From Candidatus Nomurabacteria bacterium GW2011_GWE1_32_28 (GTDB lineage: Bacteria > Patescibacteriota > Minisyncoccia > Phycocordibacterales > UBA9973), in assembly GCA_000989515.1 (NCBI GenBank), contig LBOM01000001.1, positions 61,260 through 125,259 on the forward strand: 64,000 bases of DNA, given 5' to 3'. Below are positions 58,645 to 64,000 of this stretch, one piece after another (positions within the stretch are counted from its first letter, which is position 1; each line of letters opens with the position of its first letter). The notes beneath the pieces were generated by a model that saw nothing but the letters and a program-made list of their open reading frames with translations, did not search any database and was not told the DNA's origin. The translations under genes and the position numbers were made by a program.

Positions 58645-60138
58645 ATGGCGAAAGATGAAGTAATTTTAAGATTTGATAAAGTTTCATTTGAATATGGACA
58701 CAATAAACCAATTTTAGATGATGTTTCTTTTCCACTTCGACGTGGAGCAAAGATAACAATAATGGGACAAAATGGTGCTGGAAAAAGTACTATTTTTGGA
58801 CTTATTACTGGAATCTTAAATCCTGAATCAGGTACAATAGTAAGAAATAATAAGCTAACCATAGCTACAGCAAAACAAGTTATGGCAAGAGGTGATTTGA
58901 CTTTAACTATCCGTGAATTCTTTGAGAAGTCTTTTCTTGAAAATGGTATTACTAAAAAAGTCTATGATATAGATCCACGCATTGATGATGTTTTAGAAGT
59001 TGTAAATTTAAAAGGTCATGCCAAACTTCATGATAGAATATTAAAAACATTCTCTGGTGGACAGCTTGCTCGTATACTACTAGCAGGAGCACTTATTCAA
59101 GATCCAGATTTACTTTTATTGGATGAGCCGACAAATAATCTAGACCATGCAGGTATTACTCACCTTACAGATTTTTTAACAAAATATAAAAAGACAGTTG
59201 TTGTTATTTCCCACGATGCAGAATTTCTCAATGCTTTTACGGATGGTGTTCTTTATTTAGATATTTATACACGTAAAGTTGAACAATATGTAGGTAACTA
59301 TAAGAATGTGTTAAAAGATATTACTGCACGAGTAGAAAAAGAAAATATGAAAAATGCTCAGCTTGCGAAAGAGATTCAGGCAAAAAAAGATCAAGCAAAT
59401 GTTTTTGCACACAAGGGTGGACAGCTTCGTCTTGTAGCAAAACGTATGCGTGAAAAAGCAGAGGAACTTGAAGATGATATGGTGGATGTAAGAAAGGAAG
59501 ATAAAACTATTAAGAATTTTACTATTCCTGTTCAAGAAGATATCAATGGAGATATTATTACGATAGATTCTTTTACGACGATGAATGCAAAGAATGGAAA
59601 AATTGTAAAACATAAAGCAAGTATAAAAATGAAGAAGAATCAGCATTTACTTTTGAAAGGTCCGAATGGCATCGGTAAAAGTACATTACTAGAACATCTT
59701 GCAAACAATACAGCTGAAGGTGCGAAGATTCTTGATGGTATACGTATTGGTTATTATAGACAAGATTTTTCAACTTTGAATTTTGAACATACTGTGTATG
59801 AATCTCTTGCAAGTGCGATGCTTGCTGGAGGAGTACCCTTAAATGAAGAACGTATGAGAGCTACAGCTGCTAGTTTTTTGATTACAGGAGAAATGATACG
59901 TACAAAAATAGGAAGCTTGTCTGAAGGTCAAAAAGGACTTGTTTCTTTTGCTAGACTTGTCTTAGAGCGACCTGGATTACTCATTCTTGATGAGCCTACA
60001 AATCATATAAATTTTAGACATATTCCTGTTATTGCAGAAGCTATCAATGAATATAAAGGTGCATTAATATTTGTATCTCACTTACCAGAATTTGTTGCTA
60101 AAATTCGAATAGATGAGACTCTCGATTTGGGAAAATAA
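58645..60138 (+). CDS. ABC-F family ATPase (tandem NBDs, no TM domain)
   Basis: Two Walker A sites (GQNGAGKST, GPNGIGKST) and two signatures (FSGGQLARILLAGAL, LSEGQKGLVSFARL). The interdomain linker is typical of EttA/Uup-like proteins. Confidence 0.8.
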   Translation: MAKDEVILRFDKVSFEYGHNKPILDDVSFPLRRGAKITIMGQNGAGKSTIFGLITGILNPESGTIVRNNKLTIATAKQVMARGDLTLTIREFFEKSFLENGITKKVYDIDPRIDDVLEVVNLKGHAKLHDRILKTFSGGQLARILLAGALIQDPDLLLLDEPTNNLDHAGITHLTDFLTKYKKTVVVISHDAEFLNAFTDGVLYLDIYTRKVEQYVGNYKNVLKDITARVEKENMKNAQLAKEIQAKKDQANVFAHKGGQLRLVAKRMREKAEELEDDMVDVRKEDKTIKNFTIPVQEDINGDIITIDSFTTMNAKNGKIVKHKASIKMKKNQHLLLKGPNGIGKSTLLEHLANNTAEGAKILDGIRIGYYRQDFSTLNFEHTVYESLASAMLAGGVPLNEERMRATAASFLITGEMIRTKIGSLSEGQKGLVSFARLVLERPGLLILDEPTNHINFRHIPVIAEAINEYKGALIFVSHLPEFVAKIRIDETLDLGK

Positions 60139-60373
60139 AAAAAACCTAGAAAGAAAGTTTTTAAGGGGTTTTGAGCGCGACGGCGTGAAAACTTCAGAAT
60201 TTTTTAAGCTTCAAAAAATTTGTACCGACAAAAATTTTACTTTTTAGGTTTTTTTAAAAAACTCTTACTTGGCATAACTTTTAAAAAACCACACATAAAA
60301 ATCTGCTGATTTTTTGCTATGCTCGGCTCGTCAGCCTGTGCAATGCTTTTTAAAAAGTACGCCTGCGATGAGT

Positions 60374-60402
60374 TTCTTGTTATTTTTCTAAGGTGCTATA
60401 AT
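60374..60402 (+). promoter_or_regulatory. sigma-70-type promoter with extended -10 (TGcTATAAT)
   Basis: -35-like TTCTTG with a 17-nt spacer, and TGCTATAAT at 60394-60402, about 35 nt upstream of the SPFH gene. Confidence 0.55.
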
Positions 60403-60437
60403 GAGAAGAGTATATTATTAGCTTAACAAAAAATTTT

Positions 60438-61190
60438 ATGCAATTTTATTATTATCTTGTTATTTTATTAGTTTTAGTATTTTCTAGTGTTCGTCAGATA
60501 AATCAATACGAAAGGGGAATTAAATTTACCTTTGGTAAGTTTGCTGGGATAATGGAGCCTGGATGGAGAATAGTCTGGCCTATTATTCAGAGTTATCAAA
60601 AAGTAGATGTTAGAATAAAAGCTGTAGATGTTCCTGATCAAAATACTATCACTAAAGATAATGTGACCGTTAAAGTCAATGCTGTTATTTATTATAAAGT
60701 TAGTGATGCTGAAAAAGCTATCATTGAAGTGGAAGATTTTAGATATGCTATATCTCAATATGCTCAGACGACTATGAGAAATATTGTAGGTGAGGTCACC
60801 TTGGATGAATTACTCTCTAGTAGAGAAAAAATTGCAGATAGAATCAGAGAAATTGTTGACATAGAAACAGATGCTTGGGGTTTGAAAGTAAATAATGTTG
60901 AACTTAAAGATGTCAGCCTACCTGCAGATATGGAAAGAACTATCGGTAAACAAGCAGAAGCTGAAAGAGAGAAAAGAGCAGTCATAATTAATTCAGAAGG
61001 AGAGCTTGCTGCATCTGAAAACATATCAAAGGCAGCACGCATGCTTGCTGCTTCACCAGGAGCTCTTCATTTAAGAACTCTTCAATCAATAAATGACATG
61101 TCTTCTGATCAGAGTAATACTGTTGTTTATATGTTGCCAATAGAAGCTCTTCATGCATTAGAAGGCTTTGCAAATTTAAAAAAGAAATAA
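60438..61190 (+). CDS. SPFH/band-7 (stomatin-like) membrane protein
   Basis: N-terminal TM helix and an SPFH domain with a coiled coil (RTIGKQAEAEREKRAVII). Confidence 0.8.
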   Translation: MQFYYYLVILLVLVFSSVRQINQYERGIKFTFGKFAGIMEPGWRIVWPIIQSYQKVDVRIKAVDVPDQNTITKDNVTVKVNAVIYYKVSDAEKAIIEVEDFRYAISQYAQTTMRNIVGEVTLDELLSSREKIADRIREIVDIETDAWGLKVNNVELKDVSLPADMERTIGKQAEAEREKRAVIINSEGELAASENISKAARMLAASPGALHLRTLQSINDMSSDQSNTVVYMLPIEALHALEGFANLKKK

Positions 61191-61246
61191 ATAAATGAAT
61201 GAATTAGAACAAATAAAAAAAGATATAGAGGAAATAAAAGAAAGGA

Positions 61247-61438
61247 ATGTTCGAGTTGAAAAAGATAAAGCTTGGGAGACAAGGTAAGAGTAAAAGACAA
61301 GAAGATCATCTTGAATTTGCTTTATTTACCAAGGAAGAATTTATGAAAGAGAAAAAGATTTATCCAGTTGCATTAAAGAAACAAATATTAAAGTGGTTAA
61401 AAGATAAAAAAATATTTTGGGTTAGTCAAATTAATTAA
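61247..61438 (+). CDS. small basic hypothetical protein
   Basis: 63 aa, Lys-rich, directly upstream of the zeta-toxin-family gene. Confidence 0.3.
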   Translation: MFELKKIKLGRQGKSKRQEDHLEFALFTKEEFMKEKKIYPVALKKQILKWLKDKKIFWVSQIN

Positions 61439-61478
61439 ATAAAAGTTTTAAAATGTATGGGTATGTTATAATCATTAT

Positions 61479-62189
61479 ATGACAGAGGAAGAAATTGAAG
61501 TGAAGAAACAAGCGGAAAAATTTGCTCGTGATAATAAAAAAAATATAGCAAAAGAATTAACTGATCAAAAAATATTTCCTCCAGATGAATTTCCTGTATC
61601 AGTTTTTATGGCAGGTTCTCCAGGAGCAGGAAAAACTGAATCTTCAAAAAATCTTATTGAAAAACTTACTAAAGATAAACATTGCGTTTTACGTATTGAT
61701 CCAGATGAACTAAGGCCGAAATTTAAAGAATACAATGGAACAAATTCGGATCTTTTTATTGGAGCTGCTTCTATTGTTGTTGAAAAAATTCAAGACCTTG
61801 CACTAAAGAATAAACAAAGTTTTATATTTGATGGAACATTATCTAAGTTGGATATTTCTAGGAATAACATAATTAGATCTTTAGATAAAAAAAGATTTGT
61901 ACAAATTGTGTATGTTTATCAGTCACCTCTACAAGCATGGAATTTTGTAAAGGCTCGAGAAATTAAAGACGGCAGAAAAGTTCCGAAGGATGCTTTTATT
62001 GAAGAATATTTTTTGGCTAGAGAAAATGTTAACAAATTAAAGAAAGAATTTGATAATTCTATTAAAGTTGATCTTGTTGTTAAAAATATAGATGGTACTG
62101 ATTTTAGTTATAGAGAGAATGTTGATATAATTGACAATTATATAATGGAAAAGTATACTAAAGATGTATTAAAAACTTTAATTGTTTAG
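61479..62189 (+). CDS. zeta-toxin-family P-loop kinase
   Basis: Walker A FMAGSPGAGKTESS, substrate motif VLRIDPDELR (zeta VIDNDTFK) and DGTLSKLD (zeta EGTGRT). Confidence 0.55.
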   Translation: MTEEEIEVKKQAEKFARDNKKNIAKELTDQKIFPPDEFPVSVFMAGSPGAGKTESSKNLIEKLTKDKHCVLRIDPDELRPKFKEYNGTNSDLFIGAASIVVEKIQDLALKNKQSFIFDGTLSKLDISRNNIIRSLDKKRFVQIVYVYQSPLQAWNFVKAREIKDGRKVPKDAFIEEYFLARENVNKLKKEFDNSIKVDLVVKNIDGTDFSYRENVDIIDNYIMEKYTKDVLKTLIV

Positions 62190-62464
62190 TTATATTTTAA
62201 TAAAATATGTTAAAAATAAAAGATAAAAAATCAAAAGATGATGATAAATCAAGCACCTTTTCTAAGTTTTTTAGAAATGCTTCTTCTGGAGAAAAAAAGA
62301 GGGTATTTTTAGATGTTGCTAAAAAAGCAAGTAAAAAACAGTTTGAAGTTATAAAAGATACTAGTTTTGCTCGATAAAAAGATAACTTCCTTAATCTATT
62401 TTAAAGTAATATGCAAAAGATTCATATTGTAAATAACCTGCAAGATAAATAAGTTTTTAAATAA

Positions 62465-62839
62465 GTGAAAAAGAATTTAAAAACAAAAACAAAAAAAGAA
62501 ATTAAAGTTGAGAAGATACTAAAAACTTTTAAATTTAAAAGTAGGGTTATTGTTTGGAAAAATGGAATAGAAAAAGAAGATGATAGTGGAGCTTGGCGGT
62601 TTGCTCGAGTTCCAGAAAAAATGTCGGCTGAGATTAAGAAAATGCAAAAAGAGAATCTTCGACGTGGCTGGGGTGCTATTTATGCTAAAGCTAAGATAGG
62701 AAAAAGTGAATGGGTGACTTCTATTTTTCCAGATAGGTATTCTCCTACATATATTTTGCCACTTAAAAAACAAATTCGTTATGAAGAGAATCTTTATGAT
62801 GGTATAGACATAATAGTCACAATAGGAATCTGGTTTTAA
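62465..62839 (+). CDS. DUF1905-family protein
   Basis: GAWRFARVPEKMSAEIKK...RRGWGAIYAKAKIGKSEWVTSIFPDRYSPTYILPLKKQIR matches the DUF1905 pattern. Confidence 0.55.
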   Translation: MKKNLKTKTKKEIKVEKILKTFKFKSRVIVWKNGIEKEDDSGAWRFARVPEKMSAEIKKMQKENLRRGWGAIYAKAKIGKSEWVTSIFPDRYSPTYILPLKKQIRYEENLYDGIDIIVTIGIWF

Positions 62840-62882
62840 ATTTAAGATAATTAAATAGGGGATATAAATAAAAAAGCTTCGT

Positions 62883-62918
62883 TAGTCCTTGGGAGATCCT
62901 AACGAAGCAAAATATGGG
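62883..62918 (+). other. 10-bp perfect hairpin GCTTCGTTAG-N13-CTAACGAAGC
   Basis: It lies downstream of the DUF1905 gene and could be a terminator stem; the U-run is 10 nt further on. Confidence 0.4.
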
Positions 62919-63067
62919 GTCTTTTTTAGATAGCTTGATTATTCCATGTTTAGGTTGGAGAGGAACCTAAAGAACAATCTACTAAAAGAAAGTATAGCAT
63001 ACTCTGTCTAATTTGTCAAGTAGTATAAAAAGAGTGATATGGTATTATAAAAATATAATTAAATAGT

Positions 63068-63174
63068 GTTATATCAAGAGTGGTGGTAGAGAATTGGCTC
63101 AAAGACCCCACAGCAACCCACAAATGGGTGCTAATTCCAACCTGTATTATTAAATTAATACTAGGAAAGATAGG
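63068..63174 (+). promoter_or_regulatory. SAM-I (S-box) riboswitch aptamer upstream of metK
   Basis: TTATATCAAGAGTGGTGGTAGAGAATTGGCTCAAAGACCCCACAGCAACC...GGGTGCTAATTCC...GAAAGATAGG matches the SAM-I consensus in P1, the kink-turn, GCAACC, GGUGCUAAUUCC and GAAAGAU. Confidence 0.85.
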
Positions 63175-63194
63175 TTTGTGTTTAGTCTACGCAG

Positions 63195-63230
63195 AAAATC
63201 TTTCCTTATTTATGAGGATTTTTTATTTTT
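63195..63230 (+). terminator. SAM-I expression-platform terminator
   Basis: AAAATCTTTCCT-TATTTATG-AGGATTTT followed by TTTTATTTTT. The ATCTTTCC segment can alternatively pair with the aptamer GGAAAGAT as an antiterminator. Confidence 0.65.
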
Positions 63231-63232
63231 AT

Positions 63233-64000
63233 ATGATTAAAACAGCAGAATTTGTAAGCCCTAAACACCCAGATAAGATTTGTGATTTAATTGCAGATAG
63301 TCTTTTGGATTTATATTTACAAGGTGATAAAAATAGTAGAGTCGCAATAGAAGTAATGGGTGGACATAATTTAATAATAATAAATGGTGAGGTAACTTCA
63401 AAAATAAAAATAGATATTGAAAAGATTGTGCGAGATATAGTAGGTGAAGATTATAAAGTGATTTCTAATATAGTTTTACAAAGTCCTGAAATAGCACATG
63501 GAGTAGATGCTGGTGGAGCAGGTGATCAGGGAATAATGAAAGGTTATGCTACAAGTGAGACGAATACTTTTATGCCTCTTGAATATGAATTGGCAAGAAG
63601 TTTATGTCAAAAAATTTTTAAAGTATATCCTTATGATGGAAAAACACAAGTGACGATAGATGGAGATAAGGTCATTACTGTTGTAGCTAGTTTCCAAAAT
63701 ACAAAAAATGATAAATTATTGGAACTTGTAAAAAGTATTATAAAAGCTGACGAATATCTGATTAATCCAGCTGGTGAATGGATTCAAGGAGGATTTGATT
63801 CAGATACGGGACTTTCTGGTAGAAAACTCATAGTAGACAATTATGGTCCTGAAATAAATATTGGTGGTGGTTCTTTTTCTGGGAAAGATTATACAAAAGT
63901 AGATAGATCTGGAGCATATATAGCACGCAAGATAGCTGTCGATTTGTTGAAGAAATATAATGCAAAAGAAGTATATACAAAATTAGCTTATGCTATAGGT
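63233..64000 (+). CDS. metK: S-adenosylmethionine synthetase (5' partial, runs off window)
   Basis: MIKTAEFVSPKHPDKICDLIADSLLD...GAGDQGIM... Confidence 0.85.
   Translation, partial: MIKTAEFVSPKHPDKICDLIADSLLDLYLQGDKNSRVAIEVMGGHNLIIINGEVTSKIKIDIEKIVRDIVGEDYKVISNIVLQSPEIAHGVDAGGAGDQGIMKGYATSETNTFMPLEYELARSLCQKIFKVYPYDGKTQVTIDGDKVITVVASFQNTKNDKLLELVKSIIKADEYLINPAGEWIQGGFDSDTGLSGRKLIVDNYGPEINIGGGSFSGKDYTKVDRSGAYIARKIAVDLLKKYNAKEVYTKLAYAIG

Noticed and set aside
59311-59812. Two minus-strand ORFs inside the ABC-F gene
   Set aside because: They are antisense to conserved NBD motifs and there is no RBS.
60474-61173. Three minus-strand ORFs inside the SPFH gene
   Set aside because: They are antisense to a conserved band-7 domain.
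61195-61287. 30-aa ORF MNELEQIKKDIEEIKERNVRVEKDKAWETR overlapping the 63-aa ORF in another frame
   Set aside because: It is very short, and two overlapping frames cannot both be assigned without conservation data. It is noted only as a possible alternative to 61247-61438.
1-64000. rRNA genes, transposases/integrases, phage genes, restriction-modification or defence islands
   Set aside because: None recognisable. No rRNA-like GC-rich conserved blocks and no DDE/tyrosine-recombinase motifs are present. Apart from the small repeats, the window is core-genome in character.

Overview
This is a very AT-rich (about 30% GC), densely packed bacterial chromosomal segment. Its content is mostly housekeeping genes with several shortened proteins (IF-2 of 516 aa, AlaRS of 579 aa without the C-Ala domain, AspRS of 472 aa), which fits a reduced-genome lineage, possibly CPR/Patescibacteria-like; that placement is inference only.

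Recognisable genes:
- Translation and RNA: rbfA, infB, the infA-rpmJ-rpsM-rpsK-rpsD-rpoA-rplQ cluster, rplM-rpsI, rplU, typA, mnmA, mltG, and the aminoacyl-tRNA synthetases alaS, aspS, cysS and trpS.
- Chaperones and replication: clpB, grpE, dnaK, dnaJ, dnaB, recR.
- Other: pepA, an ABC-F factor, an SPFH protein, the 5' end of metK, and five tRNAs (Leu-TAG, Lys-CTT, Leu-TAA, Cys-GCA, Tyr-GTA).

RNA regulators: a T-box leader upstream of aspS and a SAM-I riboswitch upstream of metK, both clear from sequence.

The most unusual region is 30.6-44.5 kb. Here the grpE/dnaK/dnaJ heat-shock genes are interleaved with:
- two paralogous, very cysteine-rich (about 45-50 Cys each) 556/590-aa proteins, the first translationally coupled to grpE;
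- an MsbA-like ABC exporter;
- a small wHTH regulator divergent from dnaK, with a 9-bp inverted-repeat operator overlapping a perfect TTGACA -35;
- two tandem soluble FtsK/HerA-superfamily ATPases resembling type IV coupling proteins (TrwB/TraD/VirD4-like), sitting directly between dnaK and dnaJ.

Other unexplained structure:
- a roughly 80-nt element with terminal inverted repeats in three intergenic copies (19.4-21.5 kb);
- GC-rich palindromic in-frame insertions inside mnmA;
- (AATTACG)n heptamer arrays upstream of clpB and rplQ;
- a degenerate duplicate of the tRNA-Tyr 3' end;
- a 23-bp perfect inverted repeat enclosing a GC-rich core between two convergent genes;
- a sigma-70 region-4/HARE-HTH fusion protein;
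- a zeta-toxin-family kinase;
- a T4SS pilin-like small protein.

No CRISPR array, rRNA or obvious transposase is visible.
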